Shown: positions 42,244-55,469 of the stretch, piece after piece
Position numbering within the stretch: the first letter of the stretch is position 1
Layout: each line of letters starts with the position of its first letter
Assembly: GCA_965213675.1 (NCBI GenBank)
Contig: OZ243916.1
Span: 3,008,001 to 3,072,000 of the forward strand
From: an uncultured Candidatus Binatia bacterium
Lineage (GTDB): Bacteria > Desulfobacterota > Binatia > UBA9968 > JAJDTQ01
Length of the DNA stretch: 64,000 nucleotides
Direction: 5' to 3'
The notes under the pieces: generated by a model
What the model was told of the DNA's origin: nothing
The model's database searches: none
What the model saw: only the letters and a program-made list of their open reading frames with translations
Made by a program: the position numbers and the translations under genes

Positions 42244-45200
42244 GTGCGCTCGCATGGCGCCGCCGCCCGGGGCACGCCGCCTCCCGGCCTGAGCCTTCCG
42301 CCACCACCGCCCGCCATCTGCGCCGCCACCTCGCCGCGGTACTGCTCGCCCTGCCACTCGCCGCGGTAGCCGCCCCGACACTGGCGATCGCGCAGACCGA
42401 GCCGGTCACCGGCAGTTTTGTCTCCCTCGGCGGCACCGTGCTGCCCGAAGGAGCGGCCGTCACTTTCAACTCGGCCCTCGACAGACTTTTCGCTCGTACA
42501 GAGACACACAAGCTGGAACTGGTCATCGGGGGCACGGCCACGCGCGGGACGGATTACCGGATTGTCTGCATCGAATCAGCCCCGGCCGGGGCCGCCACCT
42601 GCAATGACATCAATGGCGATACCCCTTCGATCACTTTCCATGGTGCGAAGATGATCAGAAACGGCAATCGCACTCGCCGGATCACGGGCCCGCTGCGGCT
42701 GGAGACCATCGAGGACGGCGACTGGAAGGACGAGACAGTCACCCTGCAACTCGGTGGTGGAACGACCCGAACGTTTACAATCACGGATGCCCCGCATTCG
42801 GTGGAAGTGACGTTCGCGACGGATACCTACTCCATCTCTGAGGCTGACAGATTCTTCCAACCCGTCATGAGGTTGGACAAGGCGGCTGGCCGCGATTTTG
42901 TGCTGCCGCTGACCTATGCCAACATGACAGCGACGTCCGGCACGGACTACACAGCGTTATCCGGCGTGACCATCCCGGCGGACGGCAAACAGACCGTCAC
43001 CTTCGACATTCCCGTTAATGACGACAATATCCACGAAGGGAATGAGTCCTTCAGGGTGGGCATCGACTTGTCCAGGCTGCCAGCCGGGGTCACCATGGGC
43101 TCGACCCCCTATGCCACGGTCACAATCAGGGATGACGACCCCGATCCCGGCCCCCCCGGCCTCGTGTTCGATAACGCCCAGCTGAGCTGGAACGAGAATC
43201 AGGGCTGCGGCGAGTTCGAATACTACGATCCATCTGGCAACAAGATTGCCGGCAACACCGCCGAAGCGCGCCGACGGAACGCCCTGGCCGTCTACGCGCC
43301 CGTGCAGTCGGGCAATCTTACATCCCCTGGGGCAAGCATGGAGCTGCCCGCCAGCGCCCCCGGCCCGAGCTACCGGGTCAGGCTGAAGACAAGACCGCAG
43401 ATCCCGGTGAAGGTCACCGTCTATGATCCCAACGACCTCACCTGGTGGGGCAACAACCGCAGCCGGACGCTGAGCCGCGTCTTTGTCGGCCCCGACCGGG
43501 GGGCTGCGAACGGCCGCAACGGTGCCGGCAAGCCGACGCTTACCTTCACGCCGGAGAACTGGAACCAGTGGCAAACCGTCAAGGTCAAGGTGGCCTGCAC
43601 CGATCATTTCCCGGATGCGGTGCCCCTGCAGCACCGCGTGGAAGCGAAATCCAACGGGGGCACTGGCACCATACACGCGTATTCGGGATACAAGAACTTC
43701 AACGACCAGAGATGGACGGTCTGGGTTCGCGTCCAGGAGCAAACGCCGCCGATGGAGATCGTCGCGTCGGGCCTGCCTCCGGCGGGCCAGACGATCACGA
43801 TGGCCGAGGGAGACACCAGGGATTTCAGGATCAGGATCGGCGAAGCGATGCTACCCAGCGGTAGCAGCGGGAGTGTCGCTGTCCATCTCTTTGCCGAGCC
43901 GGTCGGCAATGTGATCGGGGTGACGAGAAGGGACGGGACACCTCACGTCGACGGCATCACCGGCGACACCATGACCTTCACGTCGTCCAATCGCGAACAG
44001 TGGGTGCGTCTGCGAGCCGTCAGCGCCGGCGAAACCAGGCTTGTGGTCTCGGCGGAACGTGACTTCAGCTGGGGCCATGAAACCCAGCGTCACTGGTCGC
44101 CGGAATGGCCGGTCAGGGTCGAGCTCCCCGGCATCTGCGGGCGCACGAAGGCGGTGCGCGACGCCCTTGTCCGCAAGATTTCCGGCATCAGCAACTGCCG
44201 CGACGTGACCCCCGAGCACCTGGCGGCCGTCACCGGCACCCTGGATCTGAACCGCACGAACTTGAGCAGCCTGCAGACGGGCGACTTCCGGGGACTCACC
44301 AAGCTGGAGTGGCTGAGACTGGACGATAACCGGATAGCCTCACTGCCGGCGGGCATATTCGACGACCTCAAGGCGCTGGGTCGACTGGAACTGGACAGAA
44401 ACCAGCTTACGACCCTGCGGCCGGGAGTCTTCGACAAACTCACCTCCCTCTGGAGGCTGGAACTGTATAGAAACTCGATCGCACCGTTGCCGGCGGGCAT
44501 TTTCGACCAGCTTGCCGATCTGTCTCAGCTGGACCTGGACGACATCGACCTGACCACGCTGCCGGCGGACATGTTCGATTCGAACACGAAGTTGACTCAC
44601 CTGTATATGGAAGATAACGAGCTACAGGCGCTACCGGCGAATGTCTTTCACAAGCACAAGAATCTGAGCACGCTGCGGCTGGACGGAAACCCCGGCGAAC
44701 CGTTCCGGCCGACGGCGGATGCCGGCCCCGCACAGACGGTGTCCACGGGTGCGCAAGTCACCCTGTCGGGCACCGCCACCGGCCCCTGGGGTGACAATGT
44801 GAAGTTTCGGTGGCAGCAAGTGGACGGCGCGAGGTCGGAGGACGTCGTCACCCCAGGTGTGACGCTCAGCAGTGACAAGATCGCCGCACCCACCTTTACC
44901 GCCCCGGCCGCACCCACGGTCCTGCACTTCAGGCTGGACACAAGACCAAGCTCGAGCGACTCCCTGGATTTTGCAGGTCTCGGCAACAGCGTCGACTGGG
45001 TCACCATCACCGTCACCGGCGGCCAGGGCTCGCCCGCGCAGGAGGTAGAAGCGGCACATGTCGAAGCACCGTCCTGCGTCTCCGACGCCCTGCTGGCCGA
45101 CGTCCATGAGTATGCGGGCGAGACCTGGCGGACTTCGCCGGGCCATGTCGCGCGCTGGAGCCGGGTGCTGGCCGCCTTCGGGGTGGACAACGCCTACCGC

Positions 45201-48023
45201 AGCAACCCGATGACCGTCGCCGAGGCAGAGGCGCAGGCGGACCGTGGCCTCAAACGCTGGGTGCCGGTGGTGCCGGCGCTGACATGCCTGGCGGCGGCAC
45301 CGGAGGAGGTGGCACCGGAAGAACAGCCGGAACCGGCCGAGGTCCAGCCGGCGACCCCCGCCACGCCCGCACTCAGCCTCTCGGCGGGGTCCGCCGTGGA
45401 CGAGGGCGGTACTGCGACCTTCACTGTCACGGCCGACCCGGCGCCGCAGTCCGACCTGACGATTGCCTGGACCGTCGCCCAGAGCGGCGATTACCTGGCC
45501 GCGCCCGGCGCGGGCAGCCGGACGTTGGTGCTGAACGCAGGCACGACCAGCGCCGATCTCACGGTGGCGACAGTGGACGATGCGGCGGACGAGGCCGACG
45601 GCTCGGTGTCCGTCACCCTCGGCGCGGCCACGGGCTACACCGTGGCCACAGGCAAGGGCAGCGCCGCGGTGGCGGTGCGCGACGATGACGAGCCGGTGGT
45701 ACGCATCACCGCCGGCAGCGGGGTAACGGAAGGTGCCTCGGCTTCCTTCACGGTCACGGCCAGCCCGGTGCCAGCCACACCGCTCGACGTGACCCTGACC
45801 GTCGGCCAGAGCGGCGACTTCGCCGCCTCGGGCGCGACCGGATCGCGGACGGTCACCATCCCGGTCACGGGCAGCGCCACCTTCGAGGTCACCACGGTGG
45901 ATGACGGCACGGACGAGCCGGACGGCTCGATCACGGCAACTGTCGATACCGGCACCGGCTACACCGTGGCGGCATCGCCGGACAACGCGGCCACGGTGGC
46001 GGTGTCCGACAACGATGCGGCGTCGTCGGGTCCGACGATCTCGATTGCCGATGCCACGCTCAAGGAGAACGGAATAACGGGGAATTTCAAGGTGACGTTG
46101 AGCGAGCCGGTGAACTGGCCGGTCGTCGTCTACTACGCGACGCGGGATTCAACGCCGGTGTCGGCCGTGGCGGGCCAGGACTACCTGGCGTGGAAGCGGT
46201 CCTGGCGGCTGCGGGCCCGGTTCAGGCCGGGGCAGACGGAAACGCTGATCCACGTCCGCCTCTACAACGACAGCCATGACGAGGGTCCGGAGACCTTCGA
46301 GATGGTGCTGTTCGACGCGGACGTGAACGGTCCGCCCGGGGTGTCGGTGTCGATTGCGGACGGGGTTGCGGTGGGCACCATCACCAACTCGGACCCGATG
46401 CCGGCGGCGTGGCTGGCGCGTTTCGGTCGCACGACGGCGGAACAGGCGCTGGACGGCATAGCCGGGCGCATCGCGGCGTCGCGCGACGCCGGGGTGCAGG
46501 GCACCATCGCGGGACAGGCGCTGGGCTTCGATCCCCGCTCCTCCGGCTCGCAGGCAGGCCCCGACGGATCGGTTGGCGCAGCGAGCGGGAATGCTGCCCC
46601 TGGCAGCCTGTCCGGCACTGGCCGGCTGGTGCAGACCGATGTCGCCCGCGGCCGTTTCGGCGCTGGCGGTGCGGGATCGGCATTGGGCCATGACACTCAT
46701 GGCTTCGCTTTCGGCAGCAACGGCGCGCAGTCCTACTCGATGACGGCCCGGGAAGCCTTGCTGGGCAGCAGCTTCACGGCGACCGGGGAGAAGGACGGCA
46801 TGGGCGGCAGCGTGGCCTTCTGGGGCCGGGCCGCGCAGTCGAGCTTCGACGGCCGCGAGGGGACGTTCTCGCTCGACGGCGAGGCCACCACGGCCATGCT
46901 GGGAGCCGACTATGGGCGCGGCAACTGGCTGGCCGGAGTGGCCCTGATGCGGAGCAGCGGGGATGGCGGCTATGCCGACAGGGAATCGGGGTCCGGGGCA
47001 GGCAACGGTACGGATGCCGTGGGCTGCCCTCAACCTCCGGATGCCGAAGCGCGGAGGGTCGTGTGCAGCGGCGCCGTGCGGGAGGGCGATGGTGAGGTGG
47101 AGGCGTCGCTGACGGCGGCGGTTCCCTATGCCGCGCTCCGGGTCTCGGAGCGGCTGAAGCTCTGGGGCGCGGTGGGCTATGGTGCCGGCGACGTGACGCT
47201 CGAGCCGGAGGTAGGCGGTTCCCTCACCTCCGACATCTCCTGGACCATGGCGGCGGCTGGCCTGCGCGGCGACGTGATCGCGCCCCCGGCGGAAGGGTCG
47301 GGTCCGGCCCTGGCGGTGACCTCGGACTCGCTCTGGGCACGCACCAGCTCGGACAAGACCCACGAGCTGGCGGCGTCCGATTCCGACGTGACGCGCTTCC
47401 GGCTCGGTCTGGAGGGAAGCTGGAAGGCCGCGCTGGCGCGGGGCAGCCATGTGACGCCCAAGCTGGAGCTGGGCATGCGCCAGGACGGCGGCGATGCCGA
47501 GACCGGCTTCGGGGTGGAAGTCGGCGGCGGTCTGGCCTGGGTCAACCCGGCCCTCGGGCTCTCCCTCGACCTGTCGGGCCGGACCCTGATTTCCCATGCT
47601 TCGGACGATCTGGAGGACCAGGGGTTTGCGGCGGCGCTGGCCTGGGATCCCGGTCCAGCGACCGCGCGGGGTCCCTCTCTGACGCTGACCCAGGACTGGG
47701 GCGGCGCCGCGCAGGGCGGGCTCGACGCGCTGTTCCGGACCGATCCGCTGGCGGACCGCACGGGCAGCGGCGAAACCGCCGCCCGCTGGACGGCGGAGGC
47801 GGCATACGGATTCCCGGCCTTCTCGGGGCGCTTCACCGGCAGCCCGCATATGGGGCTCGGTCTGGCCACCGGCGCGCGCGACTACAGCGTGGGGTGGCGT
47901 CTCACCCCGGCGACCCGCGCCAACGCGCCCGATGTCTCCTTCGGGCTGAAGGGGACGCGCCGGGAGAGCGACTGGACGGAGCCGGAGCACACCATGGGGT
48001 TCGAAGCGACCGCGCGGTGGTAG
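42240..48023 (+). CDS. Large surface protein/adhesin: signal peptide, Calx-beta-like domains, 24-aa LRRs, PKD-like domain, C-terminal autotransporter-like beta-barrel
   Basis: LAAVLLALPLAAVAAPTLAIAQ signal; six LxLxxNxLxxLPxGxFxxLxxL-type repeats; several VxVxDDD/DEPDG Calx-like units; amphipathic beta C-terminus ending in W. Confidence 0.8.
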   Translation: MSALAWRRRPGHAASRPEPSATTARHLRRHLAAVLLALPLAAVAAPTLAIAQTEPVTGSFVSLGGTVLPEGAAVTFNSALDRLFARTETHKLELVIGGTATRGTDYRIVCIESAPAGAATCNDINGDTPSITFHGAKMIRNGNRTRRITGPLRLETIEDGDWKDETVTLQLGGGTTRTFTITDAPHSVEVTFATDTYSISEADRFFQPVMRLDKAAGRDFVLPLTYANMTATSGTDYTALSGVTIPADGKQTVTFDIPVNDDNIHEGNESFRVGIDLSRLPAGVTMGSTPYATVTIRDDDPDPGPPGLVFDNAQLSWNENQGCGEFEYYDPSGNKIAGNTAEARRRNALAVYAPVQSGNLTSPGASMELPASAPGPSYRVRLKTRPQIPVKVTVYDPNDLTWWGNNRSRTLSRVFVGPDRGAANGRNGAGKPTLTFTPENWNQWQTVKVKVACTDHFPDAVPLQHRVEAKSNGGTGTIHAYSGYKNFNDQRWTVWVRVQEQTPPMEIVASGLPPAGQTITMAEGDTRDFRIRIGEAMLPSGSSGSVAVHLFAEPVGNVIGVTRRDGTPHVDGITGDTMTFTSSNREQWVRLRAVSAGETRLVVSAERDFSWGHETQRHWSPEWPVRVELPGICGRTKAVRDALVRKISGISNCRDVTPEHLAAVTGTLDLNRTNLSSLQTGDFRGLTKLEWLRLDDNRIASLPAGIFDDLKALGRLELDRNQLTTLRPGVFDKLTSLWRLELYRNSIAPLPAGIFDQLADLSQLDLDDIDLTTLPADMFDSNTKLTHLYMEDNELQALPANVFHKHKNLSTLRLDGNPGEPFRPTADAGPAQTVSTGAQVTLSGTATGPWGDNVKFRWQQVDGARSEDVVTPGVTLSSDKIAAPTFTAPAAPTVLHFRLDTRPSSSDSLDFAGLGNSVDWVTITVTGGQGSPAQEVEAAHVEAPSCVSDALLADVHEYAGETWRTSPGHVARWSRVLAAFGVDNAYRSNPMTVAEAEAQADRGLKRWVPVVPALTCLAAAPEEVAPEEQPEPAEVQPATPATPALSLSAGSAVDEGGTATFTVTADPAPQSDLTIAWTVAQSGDYLAAPGAGSRTLVLNAGTTSADLTVATVDDAADEADGSVSVTLGAATGYTVATGKGSAAVAVRDDDEPVVRITAGSGVTEGASASFTVTASPVPATPLDVTLTVGQSGDFAASGATGSRTVTIPVTGSATFEVTTVDDGTDEPDGSITATVDTGTGYTVAASPDNAATVAVSDNDAASSGPTISIADATLKENGITGNFKVTLSEPVNWPVVVYYATRDSTPVSAVAGQDYLAWKRSWRLRARFRPGQTETLIHVRLYNDSHDEGPETFEMVLFDADVNGPPGVSVSIADGVAVGTITNSDPMPAAWLARFGRTTAEQALDGIAGRIAASRDAGVQGTIAGQALGFDPRSSGSQAGPDGSVGAASGNAAPGSLSGTGRLVQTDVARGRFGAGGAGSALGHDTHGFAFGSNGAQSYSMTAREALLGSSFTATGEKDGMGGSVAFWGRAAQSSFDGREGTFSLDGEATTAMLGADYGRGNWLAGVALMRSSGDGGYADRESGSGAGNGTDAVGCPQPPDAEARRVVCSGAVREGDGEVEASLTAAVPYAALRVSERLKLWGAVGYGAGDVTLEPEVGGSLTSDISWTMAAAGLRGDVIAPPAEGSGPALAVTSDSLWARTSSDKTHELAASDSDVTRFRLGLEGSWKAALARGSHVTPKLELGMRQDGGDAETGFGVEVGGGLAWVNPALGLSLDLSGRTLISHASDDLEDQGFAAALAWDPGPATARGPSLTLTQDWGGAAQGGLDALFRTDPLADRTGSGETAARWTAEAAYGFPAFSGRFTGSPHMGLGLATGARDYSVGWRLTPATRANAPDVSFGLKGTRRESDWTEPEHTMGFEATARW

Positions 48024-48195
48024 GGCACGGCGCTCGCCGAGGCCCAGCGCCGGGTTTCTCCAACGAGGCCACGGCGGCGCCCGCCCGGCGCTGCCCGGCT
48101 GGCAGGTCGGCATCATGCGCTGGCATTCCCGGCCCGTGGCTGCTACCATGACAGACACGCTCGGCGGCCGTCCGGGCACCCTCCGAAAATTGTGA

Positions 48196-50849
<2,654 letters not shown>

Positions 50850-50874
50850 CCACCCGCTCCTTGGGGCCCCTTCC

Positions 50875-53346
50875 ATGGAAGCCGGAACGAGACAACAGAA
50901 AGTCCCTGTCTACATCGAAGACGAGATGCGGCAGTCCTACGTGGACTATGCCATGAGCGTCATCGTCGGGCGGGCGTTGCCGGATGTGCGCGACGGCCTC
51001 AAGCCCGTGCATCGGCGGGTGCTGTACGCCATGCACGACATGGGCAACACCTGGAACCGCCCTTACCGCAAATCCGCCCGTGTGGTGGGCGACGTCATCG
51101 GAAAGTACCATCCCCACGGCGACGCCGCCGCCTATGACACCATCGTCCGTCTCGCGCAGCACTTCTCCATGCGCTACTGCCTGGTGGACGGCCAGGGAAA
51201 CTTCGGCTCGGTGGACGGCGATCCCCCGGCGGCCATGCGTTACACCGAGATCCGCATGGCGCGCATCGCCCAGGAACTGCTCGCCGACATCGACAAGGAG
51301 ACCGTCGACTTCCTGCCCAACTACGACGATTCCATGGAGGAACCGTCGGTGCTGCCGTCGCGGCTGCCCAACCTGCTCGTCAACGGCGCCGCGGGCATCG
51401 CCGTGGGCATGGCCACCAATGTCCCGCCGCACAACCTGAGCGAGGTCATCGACGGTCTCATCGCGTTGGTGGAGCGCCCCGAACTGACCATCGACGAGTT
51501 GATGGAATACATCCCCGGCCCCGACTTCCCCACGGGCGGGTTCATTCACGGGCGCGAGGGCATTCGTCAGGGATACAAGACGGGACGGGGCAGCGTGCAG
51601 ATGCGCGCGCGGGTGTCCACCGAGACCGTCAAGCGTACGGGAAAGGAGCAGATCATCATCTCCGAGATCCCGTACATGGTGAACAAGACCCGCCTTCTGG
51701 AGCAGATCGCCCACCTGGTCCACGACAAGAAGGTCGAGGGCATCGCCGACCTGCGCGACGAGTCCGACCGCGACGGCATGCGCATCGTCGTGGAGCCCAA
51801 GCGCGACGCGGTGCCGCAGATCGTCATCAACGCCCTGTACAAGCACACGAGCCTGCAGGACACCTTTGGCGTCAACATGTTGGCGATCATCGACGGCCGC
51901 CCCAAGCTGCTGAACCTGAAGGAGATCCTGGAAGCGTTCCTGGAGCACCGCCGCGAAACCGTCACCCGGCGCACCGCCTACGACCTCAGGAAGGCCGAGG
52001 AGCGGCTGCATATCCTCGAAGGCCTCAAGATCGCGCTGGACTACCTCGATGCGGTCATCACCCTGATTCGCGAGTCGCCGGACCCGCGGGCCGCGAAGGA
52101 ACGGCTCATGGCCGGGGCCTTCGCCCAGACCCGTGCCGGCGTCGATCCCGGTGTGCGCCTTTCGGAGGCCCAGGCCCAGGCCATCCTCGAGATGCGCCTG
52201 CAACGGCTCACCGGACTCGAGCGCGACAAGATCATCGAGGAATATCGCGCCGTCGAGGCCACCATCAGCGAGCTGCGCGGGATCCTGGCCGACGAGAGCA
52301 GGGTGTTCGCCATCATCGTGGACGAATTGCGGGAGATCAAGGAAGGCTATGGCGATGCCCGGCGCACCGCCATCGTCGACCGCGCCGAGGATATCTCTAT
52401 CGAGGACCTCATCGTGGAAGAGGACATGGTGGTCACCGTGTCCCACGAGGGCTACATCAAGCGCAATCCCATCACCCTCTACCGCGCCCAGCGCCGCGGC
52501 GGCAAAGGCAAGGTGGGAACCACCACCCGAGACGAGGACTTTGTCGAATCCCTGTTCGTGGCCTCCACCCACTCCCACATCCTGTTCTTCACCTCCATCG
52601 GCAAGGTCTACCGCATCAAGGTGCACGAATTGCCCCAAGGCGGCCGCGCCGCCAAGGGCCGGCCGGTGGTGAACCTGCTGAAGCTTCAGGAGGGGGAGAA
52701 GGTGTCGGCGTTCCTGCCCGTGCGCGAGTTCCAGGAAGGCCACTTCGTCATGTTCGCCACCCGCAACGGCCTGGTGAAGAAAACCGACCTGATGGCCTAT
52801 TCCAGCCCCCGGGCCACCGGCATTCGCGCCATCGCGCTGGACGAGAACGATTCGCTAATCGAGGTCCGGCTCACCGACGGCGATCAGGACATCCTGCTGT
52901 CCACCATGGACGGGCAGTCCATCCGTTTCAAGGAAACGCAGGTGCGCCCCACGGGCCGCGACACCATGGGAGTCATCGGCATCCGGCTGGACGGCGGGGA
53001 CCAGGTGGTGAGCATGGAGGTGCTGCATCCGGGCGCGTCCATCCTCACGGTCGCGGACAAGGGGATGGGCAAGCGCACCGGCACGGACGAATACGGACAA
53101 CAGGGCCGCGGCGGCAAGGGGCTCATCACCATGAAGACCACCGAACGCACCGGCCGCGTGGTGGGCGTGCAGCAGGTGACGGACGAGGACCAGTTGATGC
53201 TGATCACCGACGGCGGCAAGATCATCCGGCTGCGCATCGCCGACATCCGCGTCATCGGGCGCAACACCCAGGGGGTGCGTCTCATCGACCTGGACAACGG
53301 CGAGCGCGTGGTCTCCCTGGCACGGCTGGCGGAAGACGACAGTTGA
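50875..53346 (+). CDS. gyrA: DNA gyrase subunit A
   Basis: [22 protein letters not shown] and GyrA-box QRRGGKG. Confidence 0.97.
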   Translation: MEAGTRQQKVPVYIEDEMRQSYVDYAMSVIVGRALPDVRDGLKPVHRRVLYAMHDMGNTWNRPYRKSARVVGDVIGKYHPHGDAAAYDTIVRLAQHFSMRYCLVDGQGNFGSVDGDPPAAMRYTEIRMARIAQELLADIDKETVDFLPNYDDSMEEPSVLPSRLPNLLVNGAAGIAVGMATNVPPHNLSEVIDGLIALVERPELTIDELMEYIPGPDFPTGGFIHGREGIRQGYKTGRGSVQMRARVSTETVKRTGKEQIIISEIPYMVNKTRLLEQIAHLVHDKKVEGIADLRDESDRDGMRIVVEPKRDAVPQIVINALYKHTSLQDTFGVNMLAIIDGRPKLLNLKEILEAFLEHRRETVTRRTAYDLRKAEERLHILEGLKIALDYLDAVITLIRESPDPRAAKERLMAGAFAQTRAGVDPGVRLSEAQAQAILEMRLQRLTGLERDKIIEEYRAVEATISELRGILADESRVFAIIVDELREIKEGYGDARRTAIVDRAEDISIEDLIVEEDMVVTVSHEGYIKRNPITLYRAQRRGGKGKVGTTTRDEDFVESLFVASTHSHILFFTSIGKVYRIKVHELPQGGRAAKGRPVVNLLKLQEGEKVSAFLPVREFQEGHFVMFATRNGLVKKTDLMAYSSPRATGIRAIALDENDSLIEVRLTDGDQDILLSTMDGQSIRFKETQVRPTGRDTMGVIGIRLDGGDQVVSMEVLHPGASILTVADKGMGKRTGTDEYGQQGRGGKGLITMKTTERTGRVVGVQQVTDEDQLMLITDGGKIIRLRIADIRVIGRNTQGVRLIDLDNGERVVSLARLAEDDS

Positions 53347-53414
53347 CCTGCCGCCGTCCGAACCCCGAATGCTCAGGGGTTTGACAATGGTACACAGCCC
53401 CCGATCCCTCCCCA

Positions 53415-53520
53415 GGATTCCCGCATCCGCGGGAATGACACATCCGTGGCGGCGGTTTTCATTCCCTCGTGTGTCGGCTCCAGGCCGGCCTGAAGGATTC
53501 TCGCGAATGCGGGAATCCAG
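53415..53520. repeat. Pair of ATTCCC-N8-GGGAAT (dRS3-like) palindromes
   Basis: ATTCCCGCATCCGCGGGAAT at 53417 and ATTCTCGCGAATGCGGGAAT at 53497. Confidence 0.65.
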
Positions 53521-53562
53521 GTGGGATGGGTGGCGGAAGCGACGCGGTCGCCGGTTTTCGCC

Positions 53563-54558
53563 ATGTCCATCGGCATCATAGGCGCGGGCGGCTGGGGCAC
53601 GGCCCTGGCGGTGCTGCTGTGCAGACAGCACGAGGACGTGGTGCTGTGGTGCCATTCCGAGGAGACGTTCGCACGGATCAGGGAAACCGGCGAGAACGCG
53701 GCCTACCTGCCCTCGGTCAAACTCCCTGACCGCCTCCATGTCACCCGTTCCCTGGAAACGGCCAGCGCCGGCCGCCAGTTGCTGCTGTGCGTGACCCCGT
53801 CCCACTTTCTTCGGGATGTCATGACCCGGGCGGCCCCGTTCGTCACCTCCGAGACCATCGTGGTGTGCGGCTCCAAGGGAATCGAGGAGTCCACCCTGAT
53901 GACCATGGGCGATGTCATGGCGGAGGTCATGGGTCATTCCCGCAGGCATGCGTTCCTGTCCGGGCCGACCTTTGCCAGGGAGGTGGCGCAGGGACGGCCG
54001 GCCGCCATCACGGCGGCGAGCGTCGATCCCGACGTGGCTCGCGAAGTGCAGGGACGCCTCGGCTCCGCTGAACTCCGGATCTACACGTCCACGGACGTGG
54101 TGGGGGTCCAGATGGGCGGCGTGATCAAGAACGTCATTGCCATCGCCGCCGGCGTCAGCGACGGCCTCGAGTTGGGCCACAATGCCCGGGCCGCGCTCAT
54201 CACCCGCGGGCTCGCCGAAATGACCCGTCTCGCGGTGAAGATGGGCGCCGATCCAGTCACCCTCGCCGGCCTCCCGGGCCTCGGCGATCTCGTGCTCACC
54301 TGCACCGGCCAACTCAGCCGCAACCGCAAGGTCGGCATCGAGCTCGGCCATGGAGCGCGACTCGCGGATATCGTCGCGGGAACCCGGATGGTCGCCGAGG
54401 GCGTCCGGAACACCCGAACCGTCCACCTCCTGGCCCAGCGGTACGGCGTCGAGATGCCCATCGTGGAGCAGATGCACCGCGTCCTCTACGAGGACAAAGC
54501 CCCGCTCCAGGCCGTCCGCGACCTCATGGGCCGGACACAGAGAGCGGAGGTGGATTGA
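53563..54558 (+). CDS. gpsA: NAD(P)H-dependent glycerol-3-phosphate dehydrogenase
   Basis: IGAGGWGTALA, LSGPTFA, KNVIAIAAG and GLGDLVLTC...SRN motifs. Confidence 0.95.
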   Translation: MSIGIIGAGGWGTALAVLLCRQHEDVVLWCHSEETFARIRETGENAAYLPSVKLPDRLHVTRSLETASAGRQLLLCVTPSHFLRDVMTRAAPFVTSETIVVCGSKGIEESTLMTMGDVMAEVMGHSRRHAFLSGPTFAREVAQGRPAAITAASVDPDVAREVQGRLGSAELRIYTSTDVVGVQMGGVIKNVIAIAAGVSDGLELGHNARAALITRGLAEMTRLAVKMGADPVTLAGLPGLGDLVLTCTGQLSRNRKVGIELGHGARLADIVAGTRMVAEGVRNTRTVHLLAQRYGVEMPIVEQMHRVLYEDKAPLQAVRDLMGRTQRAEVD

Positions 54559-54708
54559 AGCACGGGAATCGAGTCGAGGATGAACGCGGTTGCGCCCAAC
54601 GAGTTCTCTTGAGACCTGCCTGGCAGTTACCGGCCGGTATCCATGGCAAATTGACAATCGCACCCCTGTATGCCAGAAATAGGGGCACTGAAGAATGAAG
54701 GTGCGGAA

Positions 54709-54870
54709 ATGAAACGGACATATCAACCAAGCAATCTGAGGCGAAAGAGAAACCACGGCTTTTTTGCGCGCATGGAGACCCCCGGCGGGAGAAATGTGCT
54801 GAAGCGCCGCCGGGCCAAGGGAAGGAAACGGTTGACCGTCATCATCCCGCCCAAGGGTCCTCGCTGCTAG
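54709..54870 (+). CDS. rpmH: 50S ribosomal protein L34
   Basis: [22 protein letters not shown]...RRAKGRKRL. Confidence 0.96.
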   Translation: MKRTYQPSNLRRKRNHGFFARMETPGGRNVLKRRRAKGRKRLTVIIPPKGPRC

Positions 54871-54879
54871 GACGCGCCG

Positions 54880-55245
54880 TTGCCTCGTGTGCGGGAGAGT
54901 TTCCCGAAGGAAGCCCGCCTGACCAGACGTTCCGAGTTTCTGCTCCTGGCTCGCAGGGGGCGGAAGTTCTTCACGCCGCACTTCATCATCATCCGTAAAG
55001 ACAACGACCATCTCGGTAAACGGCTGGGGGTCACGGTCAGTTCGAAGGTGGGAAACGCGGTGGTCCGTAACCGCGTGAAGCGCATGCTGCGCGAATTCTT
55101 TCGCCGCGGGCAGGAAAAGTTTCGTTCTGACCAGGATACCGTAGTGATCGCACGCAAGGGCGCGGGGGACATGAGCTACGCGGCGGTCGCCGCCGAGCTC
55201 CTCAAGGTGATCGGTCCCAAGCCGAGAACCCGATCCAGGGGATGA
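54880..55245 (+). CDS. rnpA: Ribonuclease P protein component
   Basis: [24 protein letters not shown] motif. Confidence 0.95.
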   Translation: MPRVRESFPKEARLTRRSEFLLLARRGRKFFTPHFIIIRKDNDHLGKRLGVTVSSKVGNAVVRNRVKRMLREFFRRGQEKFRSDQDTVVIARKGAGDMSYAAVAAELLKVIGPKPRTRSRG

Positions 55246-55463
55246 CGACCATCGGCCGCACCGCCGTGCGTATCTGCATCAGGGCCTACCAGCGGCTGCT
55301 CTCCCCGTTGCTGCCGCCCTGCTGCCGCTTCTTCCCCAGTTGCTCGGCCTACACCTTGCAGGCAGTGGACCGTCACGGCGTCGCCAAGGGCCTTTGGCTC
55401 GGCGCCTTGAGGATCCTGCGCTGCCATCCGCTCCATGCCGGCGGCTATGACCCGGTACCGTAA
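55242..55463 (+). CDS. yidD: Membrane protein insertion efficiency factor
   Basis: [31 protein letters not shown]. Confidence 0.94.
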   Translation: MTTIGRTAVRICIRAYQRLLSPLLPPCCRFFPSCSAYTLQAVDRHGVAKGLWLGALRILRCHPLHAGGYDPVP

Positions 55464-55469
55464 GCGTTC

